Assembly (NCBI GenBank): GCA_002633005.1
Contig: NMRA01000090.1
Coordinates: 236,752-300,751 of the forward strand
Reading direction: 5' to 3'
Length of the DNA stretch: 64,000 bases
Source of the DNA: Phoronis australis
Lineage: Eukaryota; Animalia; Phoronida
Under the pieces are notes generated by a model. That model saw nothing but the letters and a program-made list of their open reading frames with translations. It searched no databases and was not told the origin of the DNA. The position numbers were made by a program, and so were the translations under genes. Shown here piece by piece: positions 12,707 to 24,584 of the stretch (position 1 is the first letter of the stretch; the number at the start of each line of letters is the position of its first letter).

Positions 12707-13783
12707 GTATAATAAAGGGCAGTGAAGTGTTGGGTTTGTGGTGGATGTGACAACTCAGTAATTGACTACACTGCAGCTCTTTTCACTTTCCCATGAGACA
12801 CCAGAGAACTGGAGATTTGGCGCAAGTTTGGGCAAAAAACTTGCTTGTTGGTGGACATGACATAATGGCACTGGATACATTCTTGAAACTCTGGAGTCAA
12901 AGTCAGATAGGCTTACACTATAGCCCCCCACCTGAAAAATCCGTATCTTGGAAAAATATATTTTTGCCTAACTTTTGAGTAATCGAGCAACATTGCCAAG
13001 TTCCGCTGCTGGTGTGGCCACCCACACAGGGTTGTTTACACCTATCGACATCACTTTTCGGCTTAGGAAGGCCCAAAAAGTGATGGGATATTCTTCTTGA
13101 GCTGCATGATGGCTGTCGGAGTTACACACGCTATAGCAACACCATTCCATAATTCTTAATAGACAATTTTTGAGCTAAAGACCAAAATAAGCTTTACCCG
13201 ACAACGTGTTGTTTGCCGAGTGAAATGGCGGCATGGAAACGCAGACGGAGGTGTGTCAAAGATGCTGCGTTCTGATTGGTCAGTTAAGCCATCAGTCAAA
13301 ATCCTGGCGATAGGTCAATTACTACCGTTTCTGTGTTGCTTTTGGTTTGCATATATGTCTATCTCGTAAACCCCTTAGCAAGTGACTTCTGTTAATTTGG
13401 CAACAGATGGAGAGATCTGACTATGGCTGTGCCTGCTAATGGCAGTTTGTTTTTATATACATTTACATTCTGTATCTTTGAGTTCCTTGACAAGCAGTTT
13501 TCTTTTAGGAAAACAATGACGCCTTTCCATATTCGGTTGAATTTGTTGTATTCTACGCCATCTAGTGACCATTTTCATGTTAATAATCAACGACTCTAGA
13601 CGCAGTGGACACCTTTCACCACTTCATCTTGCTCGTGTCGTACACACCACCTGACTATTTACTACTACACAGTTCCAAATGCATGTAGTGGTGAAAACTT
13701 GAGATGTTATGTTGTACATTATTTTCAGTTTAAATGCTGAATTTTTCTTGAGCCTGATTATAGCTGTTTACTTCACATTTCAG

Positions 13784-13870
13784 AGTATGAAGCAGATGAA
13801 ATCATAACATATGAAGAAGTAGAACTCTATCACCCCAAACCTGGCTGTCCGAGACTTGTAGTTCTTGTTG
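13784..13870 (+). CDS. MPP7: MPP7-like exon, HOOK/GK boundary (copy 1)
   Basis: ttcag|AG...G|gtatgt; (E)YEADEIITYEEVELYHPKPGCPRLVVLV, with the TYEEV and RLVVLVG motifs. Confidence 0.9.
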
Positions 13871-14636
13871 GTATGTTAATTATAGTAACCTGAGATCCGA
13901 CATAAGGTCTTGTTGATTTGTTATTATCATGCACTGTTGAAAATTGGATTAGCTGTGTTACCTACATCGTCGAGTTAATTGCATTCAAGTGGACAAAGTA
14001 AACGTTTGTCATAGAATATATTTTTCATTGTTTGTGACGATGTTGAGAAGATAAAAATCACCCTCTAAGAACATCTGTTGTGGAGGATTCGGATGTTTCA
14101 ACTCTCATCTGAAGGCCATCTTCACTGGAATGGATTCCGCACGCCTGAGTGGCCCAGATCTAGAATTAGGTCATAAGTATGAGTGGCAGTAGTTCTTAGT
14201 CCCTGTTGTTGCTGGGCTGTGGTCTTGATATANAGACATTATTCTTTGTTGCATTATAGTAACTGGTCTTGGCTAATTATCATTTTATGGCCTGGTCATC
14301 CATTCAGCCAAAAGTAGTTCCAGAGGTGGCTTATCAGCCAATTATTCACGCATGCTGACTCACAATAGAAGCCTGATAAGAGTGAAGGTGGATAAATGCG
14401 GTGTTCCTACAGTTTCTTGTTTTAGTGGATGTGTTCACGACATGTCTAGACGCAGTGGACACCTTTCACCACTTCAACTTGCTCGTGTCGTACACACCAC
14501 CTGACTATTTACTACTACACAGTTCCAAATGCATGTAGTGGTGAATACTTGAGATGTTATGTTGTACATTATTTTCAGTTTGAATGCTGAATTTTTTTTG
14601 AGCCTGATGACTATAGCTGTTTACTTCACATTTCAG

Positions 14637-14723
14637 AGTATGAAGCAGATGAAATCATAACATATGAAGAAGTAGAACTCTATCACCCCAAACCTGGCTG
14701 TCCGAGACTTGTAGTTCTTGTTG
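14637..14723 (+). CDS. MPP7: Identical second copy of the HOOK/GK exon (probably redundant haplotype sequence)
   Basis: 87 nt identical to 13784-13870 with the same splice sites, inside a ~640-bp near-identical duplication whose first copy ends at the N at 14233. Confidence 0.55.
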
Positions 14724-14899
14724 GTATGTTAATTATAGTAATCTGAGATCCGACATAAGGTCTTGTTGATTTGTTATTATCATGCACTGTTGAAAATTGG
14801 ATTAGCTGTGTTACCTACATCATCGAGTTAATTGCATTCAAGTGGACAAAGTAAACGTTTGTCATAGAATATATTTTTCATTGTTTGTGATGATGTTGA

Positions 14900-15620
14900 G
14901 TAGATAAAAATCACCCTCTAAGAACATCTGTTATGGAGGATTCGGATGTTTCAACTCTCATGTGAAGGCCATCTTCACTGGAATGGATTCCGCATGCCTG
15001 AGTGGCCCAGATCTAGAATTAGGTCATAAGTATGAGTGGCAGTAGTTCTTAGTCCCTGTTGTTGCTGGGCTGTGGTCTTGATATAGACGGACTCTGACTT
15101 TCCTAGAATGCTCTTCTCTGGTAGGTCTAATTGACATGTTGTTCAGAAGGTTGCCTTTTTCATGACCTGTTTCTCTATGGAAGAGCCGTTGCCTTCTCAG
15201 AGAAAAGTTTGTGTAAAAGTGCCTTATCCAGTTTAATACCTTTTTCAAATTTTATTCTGTACAAAGGGTTGATTCTGACACCTTCTCATACTATTTTAGA
15301 CTTAATGGGTTAAAACTTCAGCTGTTCCAATAATTGCTACTAAATGGTGTTTCTGAAACAAAATCCTATGAAATGGTCTGGAAACTCCTTAGAAATGGGT
15401 CTTTTTTCAACTCTTCTTGTTTAGGTATGTGTTCTGCACCCGGTATCAAAAATATTGCTGATTGGTACCCCAGGTCTTGGGGTGTGAGATTGCTGGTTCT
15501 TGTCGATATTTGTATGTTAAAAGTTGCTATAAACCAATCTTCCATCACAGAAATCAACACTTGATCCAGACCACTCACCATTATGAAAATGTTCCTTAAT
15601 CAAAGTTGATAGACTTGAAA
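14900..15620 (-). mobile_element. Highly degenerate Penelope-like element (3' end also present at ~14060-14237)
   Basis: Minus strand gives RKVR(E)SVYIK across one frameshift and ends gtgaagatggccttcacatgagagttgaaacatc, a PLE-type hammerhead-like 3' motif. Confidence 0.5.
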
Positions 15621-16480
15621 AATCTGACTGTGAATTGTTACTTGAGAACATCTTCTACAAGTTGGCTTGTAATACGGCATATAATTTTATGAGCCAAGGA
15701 ATAACAAAACGTAATTTCTTTATAAGCCCTGAAATCACTTTTCATCGGAGGAAGGAACGAGTTAATGCCAATTTTGTAGCAATAAGTGGTCTAAATCAAA
15801 AGTTCACTCCTTAGACAGAGTGTGCGGTTTACAGCCGCTTTAAACATGGACCCGTCATCTGTGATTTGTGTTGTATTTGGTTTGTTCATAACAGTAATCT
15901 GTGGTCTGAGACCATTACTTATAATTGGTATGTTAATGATATTATTATAACAACTCATAGATAGCACCCTCAGACATCTGAACCATACCTTTGTGCACAA
16001 TCCTTCATAAGGCAATGCTGGATTCAGTCGATTGCAATGGGAAGCCTTGGCAGAGCTTTAGTAACATTGTTTTTGTGTGATGACTACATACTATTAGGTG
16101 ACCAGAGGAGGGAGCCATGTCTTATTTAATGTCACAATCTATCCTGGTTTAATCAAGCTTGTGTTTGAGAAGTGAACCACCCACAGAATCTGCTAATAGC
16201 AGCACTGTACTCAGTGCATAAATGATGTCCCTGGCTTCGGTGAACTTAAGGAGTTTTTCAATCTAAAGAGTCATTACTGTGTATTTATGTTTAATTTTTA
16301 GTTTTGTGTCAGGTTTAAAGCCCATACAATTGGAGACCAATTTAATAGTGCAGTGGTTCAGCGTCGTATTGGAAAGTATGCATTTTCAACATCAAAAATC
16401 CCCAAATCGGGAGATCTTTGAGTCATAAATGTTTTAAAACCTTTGTTGTGTCAGTACCTCCAGTCCTGTTCTGCTTGTAG

Positions 16481-16561
16481 GTCCCCCTGGTGTTGGGCGA
16501 AATGAACTGAAAAAGAGACTCATTGCTAGTCAGAGTGAACACTACAGAGCAACCATACCTC
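16481..16561 (+). CDS. MPP7: MPP7-like exon, guanylate-kinase-like domain start
   Basis: tgtag|GT...C|gtaagt; (G)PPGVGRNELKKRLIASQSEHYRATIP(H), the degenerate MAGUK P-loop. Confidence 0.93.
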
Positions 16562-18344
16562 GTAAGTGACTGTGTGTCAGCTAACTAATTCTTCATCTTG
16601 TGATCAACTCCTCAGTTGTGACTTATAATAATAATTTATCATAAACATAGGGTTAAAATCCATGCTCCAGTAAGCACACACCACTACTTTTCAACATTTT
16701 TGGCTATTAAGTGTCCTCTCTGCTCAGCTAATTGCCCACCTTTAATTTTGAAAATTTTCAAGTAAGTACTCAATGCTGAGGCTAGCACCCAGCAGTGATT
16801 TACATCATCACATTCAAGGTACCTAAACTATACGGTTAACGGACTCATAAACACGGTCACGGACGCATGAACATGACTCACGTACCTGCAAGCACCGTTC
16901 ACTGACTCACAAACACGGGATCGGACTCACAAGACATGATCCATTCACCCAAATACATGGGACACGGACTCACATTCATGAAAAAATACAGTTAACGGAC
17001 CACCAAACACGGTTCACTCCTATAAAGCATGCCATAAGCACGTGTCATGGACTCATCAGCTTCCTGGGTCAGCCTCGTCCCCAAGCCTCGAGATGGCGTT
17101 GATCGGTTTAGCGATCAGCGCTCTCTTGAGGCTTGCAGACGAGGTTGCTTCCCAGGCAAATAGTGCGAAATTGCGGTTATTACTACACAGAAAGGGAATT
17201 GATCAACCTTCATGTATTTGGCAATATCTTCACCTAAAAAAACTTGCTTTTAGTACAAAAGTACAATTTGAGCTAACTTTTACATAAGGCAAATATTTCA
17301 AGTCATGCTAAAATCCCTTTAATGTTTTTTTAATGCGCATCAACTTAATTGTAAACATAATCCCTTTTTGATGTTTTTTTAATGCGCATCAACTTAATTG
17401 TAAACAAGCATAAACGTCACCATGGCGAGCATCCATGTCAAAGAGACGTTACCAGAGACCTTTACGCAAGAATTCTATTCCATTTTTGGGGCAGATCCGA
17501 AAGGTGGAATAGGTGAAAGAGAGGGTCTTTTCAAGGAGTTAGAACGGTCCATGGCATTTTGAGAAGAAAGCAGAAAATAACAGAAGTCGATAGTCACACT
17601 GTCAAAATTTAGAATTGATGTTACTGACAGGTTTGGTAAGCCAATAAATTGTAGAACAAAGAAGCAGTTTAAATAATGTTTATTGTTTCTAAATAACAAC
17701 AATTGCATTACAGTACAGACAAAAATAATATCAAAAATATATTTAATTTCGCACCCATTACACAGCTGTCGAAGTTGACACCTACATTTTGTCCGTAAAC
17801 CGTGACGTGTTTGGCGGTCTGTTAACCGCGTTTCTTTGTGAATGTGAGTTAATTTGTGACCTGTATATTTGGGTCAATGGATCGTGTTTCGTGAGTCTGA
17901 CTCGTTTTCCTCAAATAAGTTATTTTCCAAAACCTTGAGTTTTTCTGAGGGGTCATTAAGGAAAATTTTTAATTTTAAATTCTTACAGCACTGTTAAAGC
18001 CATTGCTGAGTTTCATACTTTAGAATGGAACTCTTTATATTGTTTTTATGGAGTTCATTGATTGCTTTAATGGACAGTTTCATCACTGCCAACTTCATTT
18101 ATCATATTCCAGTTTGAAGTTTACTTTTAAGACTTGACTTCATTAGCACCGTATCGGACATTTTTGATTGTATGTTCACTAAATTGCCATTGTAAGATAG
18201 ACACTAGGTTTTTTTTTTGTGAGAGTGTGACATTTATTTTCACATGCATGTCTATGGGTCGGAGATTTAGTATAGAAACACATTTGCGTAGCAGATGGAC
18301 AGCTAGCATTTTTGTAATGGCTCATATGTTATTGTATGCTCCAG

Positions 18345-18438
18345 ATACATCACGACCTAAGAAGTTGTTTGAGATTGAAGGTAAAGAGTATCACTTTGTC
18401 TCAAGACAGGACATGGAGACTGGAATCCAACAAAAAAG
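18345..18438 (+). CDS. MPP7: MPP7-like exon, GK domain
   Basis: ccag|AT...AG|gtacat; (H)TSRPKKLFEIEGKEYHFVSRQDMETGIQQK(R), GK signature TxR...ExxGxxYHFVS. Confidence 0.93.
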
Positions 18439-18476
18439 GTACATAACTGTTGGCAATTCTAAACTATTCAATCACA

Positions 18477-18963
18477 GGCCTTTTCATACTGACTTAACTC
18501 CAGTCCAAGCGGAGCGTCGACGTTAACTGCGAAGTTAACTAATTTAAAGGAACATCAAAGTAAATGGCAGGTGACGCTGTTGTCATCGAAGTAATCCCAA
18601 GGTAGTGCTGCACGCTGAGATTTCTTTAATGTGGCAATTTAGAAACATTTACATGACTGTGCTAATTGACATAAAACTTATTTTTGATTCGATTGGTGAT
18701 TATTCGAGCAAAATATTAGCAACTGTTAGTGACTATTCTACCCTTAAGTTGTTGACGATAACAGTGGCACCTGGGGATAACTTTGACGGGACCAAAGTTG
18801 ACCATTCATACTGCACCACAGCGTCGACGGTGCGCTTTTAAATCCACCTGTTAACTGCGATGTTAATTGGAGCTGTTAACTTCGGTCCAGGACCGATGTT
18901 AAGCGTTCGTACTGACCACAACTCCTCAAACCGTCGATGTGTCGACGTTAGTATGAAACGCCC
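18477..18963. mobile_element. PIF/Harbinger-like MITE, same family as 1031-1482
   Basis: Termini ggccttttcatactgac / gttagtatgaaacgccc. Confidence 0.65.
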
Positions 18964-19204
18964 TTTGGAGACATGAGGAAAACATGCCATAAGAACCAGA
19001 AAATGAACCAGAGCAGCTTTATGCACCCTTATCAGAGCTGATACTCTCTTTGTGAATTAACCACTTGAATAATTAACCAATTAGAGGTGAAGTCTCACTG
19101 TTTTCAAGGAATGGCCGTGGTGACTTCCAAAGTCATAAGATAATGTAAGCTGGTTTACACTAGTTGGTTAATGTTAGTTTGTGCAGGTTTTATAAGGCCG
19201 TCCT

Positions 19205-19445
19205 AGATTACACAGCTCCCTGCATTGCACAGCTCCACAGATTACACAGCTCCACAGATTACACAGCTCCACAGATTACACAGCTCCATAGATTACACAG
19301 CTCCATGCATTACACANCAGATTACACAGCTCCACAGATTACACAGCTCCACAGATTACACAGCTCCACAGATTACACAGCTCCACAGATTACACGGCTC
19401 CACAGGTTGCACAGCTCCACAGATTGCACAGCTCCATAGATTACA
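19205..19445. repeat. 17-bp minisatellite, ~14 copies (N at 19317, so true length uncertain)
   Basis: Unit agattacacagctccac. Confidence 0.95.
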
Positions 19446-22400
19446 TGGCGACGCTTGAATCTGGCAGCATTTGCCCACAGTGCTTTTGTAGCCTCGCGTT
19501 TTTTGTGCCATTGTTTTCCCACCTGTTCTTTGTTGCTGTATTCTTCACATTTGAAAAGAATCCTAACTTGACACCTTCACCAGCGGAGATTGGGCAACTT
19601 GACTGGTTTGTTTGTCTTACTGTCCATGTATGTTTTTATTGAGGGCCCCCATGGAAAGCAATGAGAACTGATGGGGCTAGCTAGCCTCATTGTAAATATT
19701 ACAATAATGTGTGGTTTGAAATTGACACTGATGCAGTCTATATAGTGGGTCACATACATTCTACGAAATAACAAATTCATTTTTCAAGAACACATCATTA
19801 ATTGATATTTAAAGGCAAATTCTAAATTGGTTTTATACTTCAACAGGAGAAGTAACACTACTCGTGTGTAGAACTTCCTGTAATATTGGGTGTATTCCTG
19901 TTAAGGTACTAAACTTAAAAATCACCATATTATGGAAATCAGCATAAATTGAAGTATTTCGAGGATTTTCATTTTATGGAAAACTTGATTTATAAATTCT
20001 TTAACAGCATTTCACAGGAACTTTTTGTTGTGAAATTTGAACCGAACCGCACATCTATATGTCACGAATTATATTTTTGGAAAGGATGTTTTCCTATGGC
20101 TGTAGTGCCAAAATTTGGACTGCAATTAAATGGAGGTAGTTTACCCCTTAGAGTTATCTACCTTTGGCAGTTTAGTCCTAGAAAAGTCACGGATATTTTT
20201 CTAGCATGTAATTTTTCCCATTTCAAGTTGTATACTTAGCTATTTGAATACACGTGTTGCTTAGAGAATGCTGATTCAACTTTCACGTCGGCTGCTAGTC
20301 TTGTGACTAATTCTTTGAACTCGTGAAGGGTGTACCTACAAACTCCTTGAACGTCTGGTGATACCTCTTTGATTTGCATTCGTTGTCAGGTAAACAAATC
20401 ATCTTGCATCTCCATTCTGCACGGTATTTGGACACAATTTGATACCTTGGATTGGCGGCTATTTCCAACGACTTTATTAACTGCTAAGTTTATCTTCACA
20501 ATCTATTGGTAACAAAATGCTGTGTATGAAATTTGAGGAATACAATGAATGCCAAAATTGCTCATGTCCCAATCAAGAAAATTAAATTTCTGCTGTATTA
20601 TCTGTCCCAAGTTGGACAATTTTTGATGAGTATCACTGATCGGCTAGTCTGTATGCAGCCATTTCGTTATCATTTTGACAGCCGTAGCAAGGAGATAAAG
20701 TTCAGGCAAACCAATGTTGACATAGTCCAGCTCTCGGTGTGTCTACGTCCATCTGAGAAGCTCACGTAATCCAGCAATTATGTTGTAAACCACGAGCATG
20801 GCTCTAACCAATACATAGAATATGCTATTAAATCGTATTTTGCATTAAAGACTGCCATTATGGATGTGGAAACATGTACAGCAAACAAGGTGATGAATAA
20901 TGATGAGAACAACGTACTAATATAAATTTGTATAGCGTATCCATTCATTGTCTGCTAGTTACAAACTAAACATGAGTTCACTCTGACAGGCTTATCTTCA
21001 AATAAGTGCAAGTTCAGTTTCAACATGATCATCGTCTAAACAGTGTAAGTCGCGTGCCGGGCTCAGAATCAATGTCGTTATTCCCAATTTCACGGAAAAT
21101 GATCTGCTGTGTGCATGGTTATCAAGCTATATATTCCAGTTGGATTGGATGGGTTGGGCCAAACAGGATGCTACTGAAGACCCGACAAAAAAAATTATAG
21201 AATTTCCCTGGTCTTGAAAGCGAATACAGTAATTGTTACAAATTCTACAGACAGCATAACTCACTGGGCCATTTTTTGTAAAAACTTTTCTATCCACAGT
21301 CTTTAAGAATCCAATGTAAACATTATGTGAATAATCCACATTTTTAAAGATATGCGAGATATTTTTATCACTGGTTCTTCAGCAATGCTCTGAGTGGCTT
21401 TCACCAGGGTCAAGGAGTGCGCAATGCCATAGTTGTGATGACCGCATTGTCTGCAGTGTCCAATACCCAATTCAGCATAAATAATGAATTGGAGTAAACA
21501 TCTCTGAATGTTCTCGCTGGCAAATTGTCAATATCCATAAACCAATAATTTTAATTAAAAGTAAATGTTACGGTGGTATTTAGGTGTATGGTTCTTTATT
21601 TTTAGAAATTGATAAACTTATTAGCTGAAAATCACAAACATTGGTTACGGATTGAAGAGAAACCTCCGTGTGTATTGTACACTCGGAGGATTTGCAAGCG
21701 CTGATCATAATTAACAATACCACATGGTTTATTCTTTCAGTATATTATTAAACTACATCACAACAAATAAAAACAACACACCGTGTCTAAATTAAATGTC
21801 AAAGGTTTTAAAACAGCACTCATGGCCCAGTGATGTCGAACTACTTTATTTGAGCAGTAACACGCTAACCCAAAAACTGATAGTCACGAGACTGTGCAAA
21901 TGACGGTAACCAGCTGAGGAAACACGTGTTGCAAAGACCTCAGACCACTTATGTTCTGAGAAGTGGGTGAGAGCTCACTTCTAAGCTTCACTGATGATCA
22001 AAATCTGCCACTGTTTTGGCACTTCAAGCTTAAAAATAAAATCAAGAGATGGCTACTGGCGAGAAACAAAACAAAGTAGACTGGGGTATTAAAAACAACA
22101 TGTCAAAAACCAGTAAGAAACTAATTTAAAACCAACGGTAGTTTGGCTAGTGGGCCTTTGTCAGGATGAACACTAGTTACCTTTTTTAGCTATTTTATAA
22201 TATTTAAAATATACCATATCAAAATGAGATGTTAGTCTGTATCTCTATGCAAATGGCAGATAAAACCAACTTTGGTGTAATAACCACCACCACTGTTCAA
22301 AAAACAGCCTTTCACATTTCTGATTTAGTTCAGCGGACTAACATTCTTTCTTGACCACAAGCATTTTAGACCCAATGCGAAAGGTGATTTAGACCAGTCT

Positions 22401-22841
22401 AAATTTGGTAGGGTACTAAAGGTAGTAGTTCGAAAAGACCATACTAGCCAGCGTACCAAAGTTGGTCTAATACATAAGCGCAACGGAAAAGGTTTGGTCC
22501 GGACTATTTTGTTCGACCCTCCTAACTTATCTCCCCACTTCACGCTAGTGCTGAATTCTTCCCGCCATTTCGTACACTCTCGACATTGTTGCTGTTTCTG
22601 TCTACTAACTCTTCACTGTACACTTTTAAAGTTAAACATGTCTCAAATAAGAATAGATGAATCTCATTGTGCTGGGTTGCATGAAACTTCACAAAACTTA
22701 TTCATTGGATATGTGCGTTGTTCAACATCCATGTGATGTGTTAAAGTGCGATGTCATCATTGCTATTAAGCATCTTTTATGCCCTAGACTCAGGAATTAA
22801 GAAATCAAAATTCTGTATGCTTCATCTCGTGTTTTTCACAG

Positions 22842-22950
22842 GTTTATTGAATATGGCGAGTACAAAGGCAACCTGTATGGGACTAGCCTTGGTGCCATCA
22901 AAGAAATACTCCAATCAGGTCAGGTGTGTGTTTTAACACCCCATCCGCAG
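22842..22950 (+). CDS. MPP7: MPP7-like exon, GK domain
   Basis: cacag|G...CAG|gtgagc; FIEYGEYKGNLYGTSLGAIKEILQSGQVCVLTPHPQ. Confidence 0.95.
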
Positions 22951-22967
22951 GTGAGCAAGAGTCATAA

Positions 22968-23271
22968 GCTGGGTTTCACATGGGCAGCGCACCATAGGGG
23001 GATGGGGGGCTATAGCCCCCTTTTTTCAGTGCTGCGCTACCCATGAAGTTACGACAATCTATTCTTTGACTGTGTTCACAGGTGGTCTGTAATAAGCCTT
23101 GTAGATAATTTCCCGTTCAGTGACTTTACCAGAGGTAGAGGGTGTGACCATGTAATAACATCTAGCTTCTTTGTTAACTGCCAAGCACGGTCTTTGTCTG
23201 GTATGACAACAGGCAGGCCAATTATCTACCAGGCTTATAACCGACCATGTGTGAACACAGTGAAACCCAGA
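22968..23271. mobile_element. MITE family with further partial copies at ~28130-28290 and ~31425-31590
   Basis: Termini ctgggtttcac / gtgaaacccag; shared core ataacatctagcttctttgttaactgccaagcac...attatctacc in all three places. Confidence 0.65.
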
Positions 23272-23514
23272 GCGAATAAGTATTACTTGATCAGTTTTGC
23301 CTTAAGATTTTATGACATGAATTTTCAGGGACCTGGAAGCAGCAGGAAACATGTGTCCTTCTTGAAAAACATCCTGGACTGCTTAGCTCGATTTCAGTCA
23401 ACGGTTGATTGTGTATGAGATATAATAGCAGATTATACCACAATATAAGCGTCGAATGGAAAATACAGCCATGTAATATCCCATTTAGTTATCTCACTAG
23501 TGAGGTAACATTTT

Positions 23515-23595
23515 GGCGGGAAACCGAGGCCGGTTTCGAACCCAGGCCTCAAGAGTTTCGAGTCGCTAACTTTACCACTACACCACTCAGCGGCT
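23515..23595 (-). mobile_element. tRNA-derived SINE head
   Basis: Reverse complement gagtggtgtagtggtaaag...gggttcgaaacc (Pol III A and B boxes); acceptor stem does not pair. Confidence 0.65.
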
Positions 23596-24443
23596 GACGT
23601 CATCGAAGGTGAAAATAGAATACTTAAATGAGCACGCGCAACAATTGCATGTTCAGCAAAGGGCATTGTACCGACATTTATACGCTATGAAAAATAATAC
23701 GCATAATTTCCATGAAAAAGATATTTTAATTCAGTGAAATTTTTCTCTCGTGTTCTGTCATTTGTAAATCACCGATCTCCAATTTGAATGCAAGTTATCG
23801 TGTCGTCAGGATGCTTTGACTTGAGCATTATACTCAGTTACTAGTGGTAACCTACTTTAGCAGACGATATTTTCCCGGTCGAAGCTTAGCGTGATAAAAT
23901 GTGTAGTAAGCTATAACAGTTGCTAAACCTTTATTTAGAGATTCACTTTATATCTATTTTGTTTAAATTTTCAATTGGTTTTGAGTAAAAGCATTATTTG
24001 ACAAAAATAGCTCGGCTTTTCTTAAAAGGTCACGCCCTCCAACCCCGGGCCTCTGATATAAAAAGTAGTAATAATAAAAGCTAAGGCAAATCGAGAAAGG
24101 TAGATCGATTCATTGCAATATTTCTCGTTCAGTATGTGGTATAGATGTAGATTGTTACACGTTCTCAGTCATTATCCCCCCTTATCTAGAGCCCTCGTGG
24201 ACTTTGTAGAATCATCACCGTTGGGGCTAACAATCCCTCAGGTGATAATTCTCCAAAATCCACTCGGGCTGTAGATAACGGGGGATAACGACTTTGCCAT
24301 GTAATAATATATATTTACCCCTCTGTTTCAGTCAACGGTTGTCTGTTTGAAACATGGCTATGCATCGTAACCCTTACTGTTTCTGTCATCATTGAACAGT
24401 ATGCGAGACAATGCTAACTATGTTTTTACTCCCTCTGCTTTAG

Positions 24444-24584
24444 TCGCTCAAACATCTGCGTACTGGTGAGCTGAAGCCGTATGTGATCTTCATCAAACCA
24501 CCCGTGATAGAAAGACTTCGTGCAACCCGACTGGCCAATAATGCAAAGTCAACGTTTGACGAGAGATGCTCAAGACCGTTTACA
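24444..24584 (+). CDS. MPP7: MPP7-like exon, GK domain
   Basis: tttag|TCG...ACA|gtatgg; [52 protein letters not shown]...[10 protein letters not shown] and AKSTFDE point to MPP7/Metro rather than MPP5/PALS1. Confidence 0.95.

Noticed and set aside
16313-16376. Potential in-frame cassette exon upstream of the GK exon
   Set aside because: Would split LVVLVG/PPGVG at the start of the GK fold; no family similarity and a weak donor
19164-19458. ORFs with DYTAPQITQLHRLHSST repeats; CRISPR-like look
   Set aside because: Translation of a 17-bp minisatellite with no spacers
23515-23595. tRNA gene (also 10460-10530 and 62340-62406)
   Set aside because: A and B boxes are present but acceptor and anticodon stems do not form; better explained as SINE heads
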